30,588 nt of DNA from Candidatus Geohabitans tengchongensis (GTDB taxonomy: Bacteria; Sysuimicrobiota; Sysuimicrobiia; Sysuimicrobiales; Humicultoraceae): contig JAVKIH010000029.1 in NCBI GenBank assembly GCA_031459625.1, positions 1 to 30,588 of the forward strand, read 5' to 3'. The notes beneath the pieces are model-generated. The model was not told where the DNA came from. It did not search any database and was given only the letters and a program-made list of their open reading frames with translations. The position numbers and the translations under genes are program-made. Every line of letters starts with the position of its first letter. Positions within the stretch are counted from its first letter, which is position 1. Shown in pieces: positions 21,520 to 29,701 of the stretch.

Positions 21520-23097
21520 ATGACTCGACGGTCCTGGCTGCTCCTCGCGGTCTTGCTCCTGGCTCCGCTCACGCCCGCCCGGTCGGCTCCGTCTGCGGGG
21601 ACGCTGACGTGGGCGCTGCACGTTCCCATCGACCGGCTGGACCCGCCAGCCTCCTTTTCGCTCGCCACCGGGATGGTCGTGGGGCGGAACCTCTTCGACC
21701 GCCTCGTCGAGCACGACGAGCGGTTGAACATCGTCCCCGGATTGGCCACCTCTTGGTCGACATCACGGGACGGCCGGACCTGGACCTTCCGCCTGCGCCG
21801 CGGTGTCCGGTTCCACGACGGCACACCGTTCACCGCCGATGCAGTCGTCTTCAACGTCCAGCGGGCGTTGGACCCGCAGCTGCGCCTGCCGGCCGGGGCC
21901 TTTGCATGGGCGGGGGTACGCGCGGCCCGCAAGGTGGACGACTTCACGGTCGAGCTCGTCACCGACGAACCGCTCGCCCCGCTCCTCAACAACATCGCCG
22001 ACAGCGGGCTCGGGGCGATCGTCAGCCCCCGCGCCGTGCAGGCGGCCCGGGATCCCCGGGAATTCGTGCCGGTCGGCACCGGCCCGTTCAAGTTCGTCCG
22101 CTGGACCCCGGATGGGGAGATCGTCATGGAAGCCAACCGGGACTACTGGGGCGGGCCACCGCGCCTGGAGCGGGTTGTGGTGCGCATCTCTCCCGTCCCA
22201 GCCACCCGCGTGAGCCAGCTCGAGGCGGGAGAAGCCGACCTGATCACGCAGGTGCCGCTCGCGGAGGTGGGACGGCTGCGGGGAGTTCGTGGGATCGAAG
22301 TCGGCATTCGTCCATCGACCTCCTGGACCTACATCGCCCTCAACAACCTCAAGCCGCCCTTCACCGACGTGCGCGTCCGCCGGGCCTTCAACTACGCCGT
22401 GAACAAGCGGTTGATCGTGGACCGGATCCTCTTCGGGGTGGGAGAGGTGGCGGACTCGCCCATCGGGTCGGCCTACCGGGACCACCACAGCGCCCGGGTC
22501 TACGAGTACGAGCCGGCCACGGCTCGCCGCCTCTTCGAGGAGGCGGGGTGGCGGCCGGGGCCCGACGGGTTCCGCCAGAAGGACGGGGCGCGCCTGGCGG
22601 CGACCCTGTGGGTGCCCGTCGGTCGGTTTGCCGAGGGGACGGCGATAGCGCAGGCCGTGGCGTCGTTCCTGCGCGGGGTGGGCGCCGACGTGCGGGTGGA
22701 AGAGATCGAGTTCGCCACCTATCTTGCCGAGGCGCGGCGGGGACCGGGGGAGAGCCGCATCGAGATGGTCATGGCCGGGTGGGGGACCGCCGACCCCGAC
22801 ACCGGGATGCGGCTGGTGCTGCACTCCAGCCAGTGGCCGCCGGCGGGGAACAACCTGGCGTTCTACCGGAACCTCGAGCTGGACGCGCTCCTCGAGCGGG
22901 CCCGGACGACGCTGGATCCCCAGGCCCGCCGGGCGCTGTACCAGCGCGCCCAGACTCTGGTGATGAACGACGCGCCCTGGCTCTTCCTCCACGAACGCCG
23001 TGAGGCCGTGGCCTGGCGCTCGGCCGTCCGGGGGGTGCGCTTCATCCCCAGTTCCGCCGGGCTGATTGACATCCGCCAGGTTTCGGTCGCGCGGTGA
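21520..23097 (+). CDS. Peptide/nickel ABC transporter substrate-binding protein (family 5)
   Basis: AGGAGG SD; signal peptide MTRRSWLLLAVLLLA; PGLATSW, LRRGVRFHDGTPFTADAV, GTGPFK, DVRVRRAFNYAVN. Confidence 0.94.
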   Translation: MTRRSWLLLAVLLLAPLTPARSAPSAGTLTWALHVPIDRLDPPASFSLATGMVVGRNLFDRLVEHDERLNIVPGLATSWSTSRDGRTWTFRLRRGVRFHDGTPFTADAVVFNVQRALDPQLRLPAGAFAWAGVRAARKVDDFTVELVTDEPLAPLLNNIADSGLGAIVSPRAVQAARDPREFVPVGTGPFKFVRWTPDGEIVMEANRDYWGGPPRLERVVVRISPVPATRVSQLEAGEADLITQVPLAEVGRLRGVRGIEVGIRPSTSWTYIALNNLKPPFTDVRVRRAFNYAVNKRLIVDRILFGVGEVADSPIGSAYRDHHSARVYEYEPATARRLFEEAGWRPGPDGFRQKDGARLAATLWVPVGRFAEGTAIAQAVASFLRGVGADVRVEEIEFATYLAEARRGPGESRIEMVMAGWGTADPDTGMRLVLHSSQWPPAGNNLAFYRNLELDALLERARTTLDPQARRALYQRAQTLVMNDAPWLFLHERREAVAWRSAVRGVRFIPSSAGLIDIRQVSVAR

Positions 23098-24341
23098 TGG
23101 GCGCGCTGGACGCCGATCCCCTCGTTGCGGCGGTCGACCCGGCGCGGGTGATCCAGCTCACTCGGGACATGGTGCGCATCCCGAGCTTCTGCCGGGAGGA
23201 GCGGGCAGTGGCGGATTGGGCGGCCGACACCATGGCCGCGATGGGGTTCGACGAGGTCCGCCAGCGCGAGGTGGAACCGGGACGGCCCAATGTCTACGGG
23301 GTGATCCACGGGACTGAGCCCGACGTCCCCAGCCTCCTCTTCAACGGGCACCTGGACCACAACATGGTCGCGGATGGGTGGACGCGGGACCCGTTCGGGG
23401 CGGACCTCGACGACGGCTGGATCTATGGGATCGGTGTGGCCAACATGAAGGCGGGCAACATGGCCATGCTGGCCGCTGTGGAGGCGGTCCGCCGCGCCCG
23501 CGTCCGTCCCCGGGGGACCCTGCGGGTGGCCTTGGTGGTGGGCGAGCTCCAGGGCGGGCTGGGGACGCGGGCGGCCATCGCCGACGGCATCCGGGCCGAC
23601 CGCTTCGTGATCGCCGAGCCCACCGAGCTGGGGCTGCTGACGATGCATGCCGGGGTAGTGCAGGTGCGCATCGTCGTCCACGGGGAGATGCGACACTTCA
23701 CCACCCTGCGCGGCCGCAAGGTCCACGCCATCGAGAAAGCGGTGGCGGTCCTGCAGGCGCTCGGCCCCAGCTACGAGCCCATCCCGCCCGGCGGGTGGCT
23801 CACCTTCACGCTGAAACCCGAGTACGCGGGACTCCCCCAGCTCAACGTGGGCGTCATCCGTGGGGGGATCACGCCGCAGGTGCTCACCTGGCGTCCCTCC
23901 CTCGTCCCCGACTACTGTGAGCTGATCGTTGACATCCGTATCGTGCCCGGGCAGACCCCGGAGACGGTGCAGGCCGACCTGGAACGCCTGCTCGAGCGCC
24001 TGCAGGCTGCGGACCCAGACCTGCGGGCGGAGGTCGCTCCTGTCCCCGACCACGGGTACTTCCCGCCTTTCGAAGTCCCTGTGGACAGTCCCATCGTCCA
24101 GGATCTGGCCCACGCTCACGAGGAGGTGTTCGGCACTCCGCCCCGCATCGGGGCACTCGTTCCGCAGAAGTACGCGGGGGCCGACTCTGCGCACCTGCGT
24201 GAGGCGGGGATGGTGGGCCTGCTCTACGGGCCCGGCGGGAAGTACCTGAGTGTCCCCGACGAGCGGGTGGAGGCGGACCACGTCGTGAAGGCCAGCCAGG
24301 TCTTCGCCCGGCTCATCAGCCGGACGTGGGGGCTGGCCTGA
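23094..24341 (+). CDS. M20/M25/M40-family (ArgE/DapE-like) metallohydrolase with atypical metal ligands
   Basis: GRPNV, FNGHLD, WTRDPFG, IYGIGVANMKAG, IAEPT, DIRIVPG, YGPG...DERV. Confidence 0.88.
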   Translation: MMGALDADPLVAAVDPARVIQLTRDMVRIPSFCREERAVADWAADTMAAMGFDEVRQREVEPGRPNVYGVIHGTEPDVPSLLFNGHLDHNMVADGWTRDPFGADLDDGWIYGIGVANMKAGNMAMLAAVEAVRRARVRPRGTLRVALVVGELQGGLGTRAAIADGIRADRFVIAEPTELGLLTMHAGVVQVRIVVHGEMRHFTTLRGRKVHAIEKAVAVLQALGPSYEPIPPGGWLTFTLKPEYAGLPQLNVGVIRGGITPQVLTWRPSLVPDYCELIVDIRIVPGQTPETVQADLERLLERLQAADPDLRAEVAPVPDHGYFPPFEVPVDSPIVQDLAHAHEEVFGTPPRIGALVPQKYAGADSAHLREAGMVGLLYGPGGKYLSVPDERVEADHVVKASQVFARLISRTWGLA

Positions 24342-24369
24342 CCCGCCTGACCCGTTCCCCGGTTGGGCG

Positions 24370-24765
24370 TCAGACCGTGTGGCGCCGGGGGATGATGGAG
24401 ATCTCCCCGTTGCGCTCCAGGATGGCGAACTTGATCTCCTCCAGCCGCTCCAGCCCGTGACGGGAGCGCGCCGCCTGGAGCACGTCCTGCACGTCCACGC
24501 GCTCGCGCTCCATGCGGTCCTGGAGGGGCCGGCCGTGCTCGACGATGACGAGCGGAATCCCCTCCAGCAGCTTGTCCACCCGCGGCGAGTGCTGCTTCCA
24601 CAGCGACAGGCCGATGTCCGCGCTCAGCAGGGTGAGGATCACCAGGTAGGCGTGGGTGGCGGAGGCGTCCTGCCCCAGCAACGCCTGCAAGGGTCGGAGT
24701 CAGGTGAGGCGTTACGTCCCGCACGTCGAAGGCGGAGAGGTACAGTCACTTTTCCCAGGAGGCGC
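24370..24765 (-). pseudogene. DUF421/YetF-family membrane protein, 5'-degraded
   Basis: Intact 3' part (QALLGQDAS...LLEGIPLVIVEHG...IKFAILERNGEISIIP). Upstream family-like fragments RLLGK and LSAFDV lie in different frames, and the first TM helix and start are missing. Confidence 0.75.
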
Positions 24766-24835
24766 GGGCCGCTGGTGTCGATCGACCCGTCGGACCGGCC
24801 CGCCGGGGGGAGGGAGTCGATCCTGCGCGACCTGC

Positions 24836-24877
24836 TGTCGTAAATCCTTGACATAGCTCTGTATCCTTGCCTACCCT
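24836..24877 (+). promoter_or_regulatory. Sigma-70-type promoter with an overlapping inverted repeat, upstream of the regulator-modAB operon
   Basis: TTGACA 24848-24853, 18 nt, TACCCT 24872-24877; TGTC-N10-GACA at 24836-24853. Confidence 0.55.
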
Positions 24878-24883
24878 GTCGCC

Positions 24884-25993
24884 GTGGGGCGTCGGGTGCC
24901 CGCAGAGGTGGAAAGCCGCGTGCGGGCGGCGCGGGAGGCGCGCGGGCTCTCCCAGGCGGAGCTGGCGCGTCGTGCGGGCCTTTCCCGGCAGGCCCTGTCG
25001 GCCATCGAAGCCGGCCGCTACCTCCCCAACACCGCGGTGGCCTTGCGGCTGGCGCAGGGCCTGGGCTGCGCCGTGGAGGACCTGTTCGCTTTCCCCACCT
25101 CCCCCACGGTCAGGGCCCGGCTGGCCGAGGACAGCCCCGCTGTCCGGGTCAGGCTGGGCCGGGTGCGGGAGAGGCTGGTGGCCTGGCCTCTGTGGGGTCC
25201 GGTGGCGCCGCTGCCGGCCGACGGCACCGTGGCGCATCGTCGGGGACGGGCGGCCACCGTGGCCCTGCTCCCCGGGCGGGTGACCCCGGAGCACACCCTG
25301 TTCCTGGCCGGCTGCGACCCGGCCCTGCGGATCGCAGGGACCCTGGCGGAGGCCGCCGGCCGGGTCCGGGTTCACTGGATCCCCACGGGCAGCGCCCGGG
25401 CCCTGGAGGCGCTCAGGGACGGGCTCGTGCACGTGGCGGGGACCCACCTGCATCCGCCCGAGGACCCGGAAGGCACCCGGACCATCCGCGCGGCCCTGGG
25501 TCGGACGCCGGCCGTGGTGGTGTCCGTGGCCCGGTGGGTGGAGGGCATGATGCTCAGGCCGGGCGTGCGGGTGCGCCGGCCCGAGGACCTGCTCGCTAGG
25601 GGGGTGCGCGTGGTGAACCGGGAGCGGGGTTCGGGCAGCCGGCTGGTGTTCGACCGCTGGCTTGCCGGCGCGGGCGTACCCGTCGACCGCGTGGACGGCT
25701 ACCGCCGCGAGGTGTCGAGCCACCTGGTGGTGGCGGAGGCGGTGGGCGGAGGGCTCGCGGATGCCGGCCCCGGGGTGCTGCCGGTGGCGCGGCTATACGG
25801 TCTGGACTTTCTGCCGCTCGCGGAGCAGCGCTACGACCTGGTGGTCCCCCAGGACCTCGTGGACGCCGAGCCCGTCCGGGTCTTGATGGACGTGGTGGCG
25901 GGCCGTCGGTTCCGTCAGGAGCTGGCGGCCATCGGGGGCTACGACGCGGCGTGCGCCGGGGCCGTACGGAAGCTGGAGGGCTCCGCGGGGTGA
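24884..25993 (+). CDS. XRE-type HTH + PBP-like (molybdate-binding) domain transcriptional regulator
   Basis: N-terminal RGLSQAELARRAGLSRQALSAIEAG; C-terminal AGCDPAL, GSARALEAL, HVAGTHL, VNRERGSGSR, EQRYDLV; directly upstream of modA. Confidence 0.85.
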   Translation: MGRRVPAEVESRVRAAREARGLSQAELARRAGLSRQALSAIEAGRYLPNTAVALRLAQGLGCAVEDLFAFPTSPTVRARLAEDSPAVRVRLGRVRERLVAWPLWGPVAPLPADGTVAHRRGRAATVALLPGRVTPEHTLFLAGCDPALRIAGTLAEAAGRVRVHWIPTGSARALEALRDGLVHVAGTHLHPPEDPEGTRTIRAALGRTPAVVVSVARWVEGMMLRPGVRVRRPEDLLARGVRVVNRERGSGSRLVFDRWLAGAGVPVDRVDGYRREVSSHLVVAEAVGGGLADAGPGVLPVARLYGLDFLPLAEQRYDLVVPQDLVDAEPVRVLMDVVAGRRFRQELAAIGGYDAACAGAVRKLEGSAG

Positions 25994-26793
25994 GGCGGGG
26001 CCTGGGTTTCCTCCTGGGGTTGGTCCTGGCGCCGGGGCTGGTCCTGGCGGCGGTCAGCCGGCCTCCTGCGACCGCCCAGCCCGCACAGGGGCTGCTGGTG
26101 GCTGCTGCCGCAGACCTCCGGTACGCCTTCGAGGAGCTGGCCGGCGTCTGGCGCGGCCGCAGGGCGATCCCCGTGACGTTCTCCTTCGGGTCGTCGGGCC
26201 AGCTCGCCCAGCAGGTAGAGCACGGGGCGCCCTTCGACGTCTTCTTCTCCGCCAACGAGGCGTTCGTCCGACGGCTCGCCGAGCAGGGGCACATCCTGCG
26301 GGACACGGTCCAGCTGTACGCGATGGGACGCATCGTCCTGTGGGTGCGGCGCGCCAGCGACCTCGACGTGGACCGGGGGATGCACCTCCTCCTGGATCCC
26401 CGGGTGCGGTACGTCGCCATCGCCAACCCCGAGCACGCGCCCTACGGGGAGGCCGCCCGTCAGGCGCTCGTGCGGTCCGGCCTGTACGACCAGGTACGGC
26501 CGAAGCTGGTCTACGGGGAGAACATCGGCCTCACCCTGCAACTGGTGCAGTCCGGGAACGCGGACGTGGGGGTGGTGGCCCTGTCGCTGGCGCTGGCCCC
26601 CCCGGTCTCCCGCGAGGGCCGGTTCTGGTTGGTCCCGCAGGGGCTGCACGACCCCATCCGACAGGCCGCAGGCGTGGCGGCCCGGTCCGCTCGCCGGCCG
26701 CAGGCCCGTGCGTTCCTCGCCTTCGTGAACGGACCGGAGGGGCGGCCGGTGATGCGGCGGTACGGCTTCATGCTGCCGGGAGAGGGGCCGTAG
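25990..26793 (+). CDS. modA: Molybdate ABC transporter substrate-binding protein
   Basis: VAAAADL, FGSSGQLAQQVEHGAPFDVFFSA, IANPEHAPYG, GENI, SGNADVGVVALS; GTGA overlap with the regulator. Confidence 0.94.
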   Translation: MRRGLGFLLGLVLAPGLVLAAVSRPPATAQPAQGLLVAAAADLRYAFEELAGVWRGRRAIPVTFSFGSSGQLAQQVEHGAPFDVFFSANEAFVRRLAEQGHILRDTVQLYAMGRIVLWVRRASDLDVDRGMHLLLDPRVRYVAIANPEHAPYGEAARQALVRSGLYDQVRPKLVYGENIGLTLQLVQSGNADVGVVALSLALAPPVSREGRFWLVPQGLHDPIRQAAGVAARSARRPQARAFLAFVNGPEGRPVMRRYGFMLPGEGP

Positions 26794-27450
26794 CTGGACC
26801 CCGCACCTCTGTGGATCTCCCTCAAGGTGGCGTCCCTGGCCACGCTGGTGGCGGGCGTGGCCGGGGTGGGGCTGGCGTACGTGATCGCCACGGCGAGGTT
26901 TCCGGGTCGTGGGCTGGTGGAAGCACTGACGTCGCTGCCGCTCACGCTGCCACCCACGGTCCTGGGATACTACCTCCTGGTGTTGCTGGGCCGGCGCAGC
27001 CCCCTCGGGATGTGGGTGGAGGCTACGGTCGGGGTGCCGCTCGTGTTCACCTGGCAGGGCGCGGTGGTGGCCGCCGCGGTCCCCTCGCTGCCCCTGGTGG
27101 TGCGCACCGTGCGCGCGGCATTCACAGAGGTGTCCCCCGATGTTCTGGAGGCCGCGCGGATGGACGGAGCGGGCTGGCTGCACCAGTTCGTCTACGTCCT
27201 GCTGCCTCTGGCCCGCAGGGGAATCCTGGCGGGCGTGTCGTTGGGCTTCGCGCGGGCCCTGGGTGATTTTGGCACCACGCTGATGGTGGCCGGCAATATC
27301 CCGGGCCGCACCCAAACCCTGCCCATCGCCCTGTACGACGCGGTTCAGGCGGGCCGAGGGGATGCCGCAGGAGCTCTCGCGCTGCTCCTGGGCGCGGTGG
27401 CGGTGGCGGTACTGGTGACGGTGGGCCGGCTCGGTGAGCGGATGGTCTGA
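26794..27450 (+). CDS. modB: Molybdate ABC transporter permease
   Basis: LPLTLPPTVLGYYLL, EAARMDGA, FARALGDFGTTLMVAGNIPGRTQTLP. The family-like N-terminus (xDPAPLWISLKVA) extends back to CTG 26794; the first canonical start is GTG 26827. Confidence 0.92.
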   Translation: MDPAPLWISLKVASLATLVAGVAGVGLAYVIATARFPGRGLVEALTSLPLTLPPTVLGYYLLVLLGRRSPLGMWVEATVGVPLVFTWQGAVVAAAVPSLPLVVRTVRAAFTEVSPDVLEAARMDGAGWLHQFVYVLLPLARRGILAGVSLGFARALGDFGTTLMVAGNIPGRTQTLPIALYDAVQAGRGDAAGALALLLGAVAVAVLVTVGRLGERMV

Positions 27451-27452
27451 AC

Positions 27453-28331
27453 TTGCAGGCTCCGCCCTCGCACACCCCACCTCCCGGGCCCACGCGACGG
27501 TCACACCGGCGCGGGCTGGCCTTCGGGGTCGGACTCTCCGTAGGTGTTCTGGGAGGACTTCTCGGACTGGGGGGTGCGGAGTTCCGTCTGCCAGCCCTGG
27601 TTGTCCTGTTCGGCTACGGGCTGCGGCAGGCCATCCCGCTCAATCTGGCCACGAGCCTCATCACGCTCGCCGTCTCCCTGGCGGCGCGCAGCCGAACCCT
27701 CTCGCTGGTTCCGGTGATCCCCTACGCGGCCGCTGTCGGGGCGCTCTTGGTCGGGTCCCTCGCAGGCGCCCTGACCGGCCCGCGGATCGCGCAACGCCTC
27801 AGCAACGAGCGGTTGCGGAGGCTGGTGGTGGCGTTGCTGGTGCTCATGGGAGGGCTGCTGGTGGCGGAGTCGTTCGTCCCGGGGGTGCTGCCCGCGCTTT
27901 TGCCGCAGGAAGCGGTCGTGTGGGTGTGCGCCGGAGTGGGGCTGGGGCTCGGCATCGGGTTGGTGAGCAGCCTCCTGGGGGTGGCCGGTGGAGAGCTCCT
28001 CATCCCCACCCTGGTGTTCGGGTACGGAGTTGACGTGAAGAGTGCAGGAACCGCCAGCGTCCTGATCGCCCTGCCTTCGGTAGCGGCGGGCGTTGCCCGG
28101 TGGGCTCGGGTGGGGGGACTGTCGGATCGGGCGGCCGTCCGGGGCACCGTGGTCCCCATGGGCCTCGGGTCCGTGCTGGGCGCCTTCGCCGGCAGCGCGC
28201 TCGCCCGCGTGGTCCCCGCGGAGCTGGTCAAACTCCTGTTGGGCCTGTTACTCGTGACCTCGGCCCTGCGCGCGTTCCGCCGCGCACACGGCGAGTCGGT
28301 GCGTGTCCAGGGCAAGGCGCCGGCGGGCTAG
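27453..28331 (+). CDS. TSUP (TauE/SafE) family transporter
   Basis: Two repeats, GGLLGLGGAEFRLP and SSLLGVAGGELLIPTL, plus KSAGTAS; polytopic. Start codon uncertain (TTG). Confidence 0.88.
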   Translation: MQAPPSHTPPPGPTRRSHRRGLAFGVGLSVGVLGGLLGLGGAEFRLPALVVLFGYGLRQAIPLNLATSLITLAVSLAARSRTLSLVPVIPYAAAVGALLVGSLAGALTGPRIAQRLSNERLRRLVVALLVLMGGLLVAESFVPGVLPALLPQEAVVWVCAGVGLGLGIGLVSSLLGVAGGELLIPTLVFGYGVDVKSAGTASVLIALPSVAAGVARWARVGGLSDRAAVRGTVVPMGLGSVLGAFAGSALARVVPAELVKLLLGLLLVTSALRAFRRAHGESVRVQGKAPAG

Positions 28332-28334
28332 CTG

Positions 28335-29339
28335 CTAGCGCCGGGGCTCGACGATGCGGTCGGCGATCTCCTCGATCCGCTCCTCCCGGCGCACCACGGC
28401 CTGGAAGACCTGCATCACCCGCCGGGCCACCTCGGGCGGGACGTTGCGCGGCGGCAGGAGGCTCATCCCCGCCCCCGGGCGCATCTCGTAGTACCCGCCG
28501 GTCTTCCCGCGGAGGATCTGTCGGGTGATGTCCACGTAGGGCTTGGCGAAGTTGAACAGCAGCGAGGTCGTGAAGTGCTGGGGCGCGAAGCTGCGCTTGT
28601 CGGTGTAGAAGGTCGTCAGCAGCACGGGACGGCGGGCGGCCCGGGCCGCCTCGATGATGCCCACCGTGCCCAGGTTCACGCTGACGATGATGAAGTCCGC
28701 CCCCGCGGCGATCTGCGACTCCGCGGCCTGGCGGGCCTTGACCGGATCGTTCTGGTCGCCGACGAAGACGTAGAGCACCTCGGCCCGCGGGTTGTACTTC
28801 TGGAAGGCCTGGAAGATGGCGTTGAGCGAGCCGATGAAGTCGGGTAGCCGGATCCCGGCGATGTAGCCGACCTTGTTGGTGGCGGTGGCCTGGGCGGCCA
28901 GCACGCCGAGCACGTAGAAGCCCTCGTAGAACTTGCGGCCGATGTTCCAGACGTTGGGCGGCAGCCCGGGGACCTGGCCCGCCGATTCGGCGATGAAGAC
29001 GGCGTCCGGGAACTGGGTGGCCAGCTTCTGGACGATGGTCAGGTACTGCCCGCCGTGGAAGGCCACGATCCGGTAGCCGGCCGCCAGGTACTCGCGGGCC
29101 ACCCGCTCGGCGTCGGCCACGGCCACCTGCTCGGAGTGGGCGGTCTGCACGCCCGTCGTGGTCTCCACCTCTTTGAGGGCCTGGTAGCCGACGGCGTTGA
29201 AGTCCGCGTCGTGGATCGTCCCCGGCAGGATCATGGCCAGGCGCGGACGGGTGGGCGCACCGGCCACCGGCACGCCCGCCGGCAGGGCCACCGGCAGCGT
29301 CGCGATGAGCACGAGCAGCACCCAGGCTCGGTGTCGCAT
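28335..29339 (-). CDS. BMP-family (PnrA/TmpC-like) ABC substrate-binding protein, nucleoside/nucleobase-type
   Basis: GGGAGG SD before ATG 29339; signal peptide MRHRAWVLLVLIATLPVALPA; PGTIHDADFN, YVLGVLAA..T.TNKVGYIAG, GDQNDP.KA, IAAGADFI. Confidence 0.88.
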   Translation of the reverse strand: MRHRAWVLLVLIATLPVALPAGVPVAGAPTRPRLAMILPGTIHDADFNAVGYQALKEVETTTGVQTAHSEQVAVADAERVAREYLAAGYRIVAFHGGQYLTIVQKLATQFPDAVFIAESAGQVPGLPPNVWNIGRKFYEGFYVLGVLAAQATATNKVGYIAGIRLPDFIGSLNAIFQAFQKYNPRAEVLYVFVGDQNDPVKARQAAESQIAAGADFIIVSVNLGTVGIIEAARAARRPVLLTTFYTDKRSFAPQHFTTSLLFNFAKPYVDITRQILRGKTGGYYEMRPGAGMSLLPPRNVPPEVARRVMQVFQAVVRREERIEEIADRIVEPRR

Positions 29340-29365
29340 CCTCAGCCTCCCTTCGTGTCCCACGG

Positions 29366-29701
29366 TCAGGGCATCGGCGACGCGTCGCACGGCCGCACGG
29401 TAAGCGCCACGCCCCGACGGGCCAGCTCGTCGAGGACGGCGTCGAGGCTCTGGTCCCCCTCGCTCCGCACGGCGATCACCGCGTGACGGTTCCGCACCAT
29501 CTCCTCGACGGTGTCGCAGATCGCCTGGACCCAGGTGGCCACGGACGGCCGGCCGTCCAGGAGGTCGAGCTGCGGGACGATGGTCAGCCCGTAGCCCGCC
29601 GCCACCCACCCGTCCACGGCCTTCCGACACCGCTGCAGCGTCGTGCTGCCGAGGAGGAGCGTCCGGCGCGACCGCCGGTCGAACGCCTCCGCGTCACGCA
29701 T
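29366..29701 (-). CDS. Hypothetical 111-aa protein, apparent degenerate TudS/CD3072-like homolog
   Basis: 8-nt overlap with the upstream gene. Segments DRRSRRTLLL, GYGLTIVP, AICDTVEEMVRNRHAVIAV and LDELARRGV parallel the upstream protein in order. Confidence 0.65.
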   Translation of the reverse strand: MRDAEAFDRRSRRTLLLGSTTLQRCRKAVDGWVAAGYGLTIVPQLDLLDGRPSVATWVQAICDTVEEMVRNRHAVIAVRSEGDQSLDAVLDELARRGVALTVRPCDASPMP

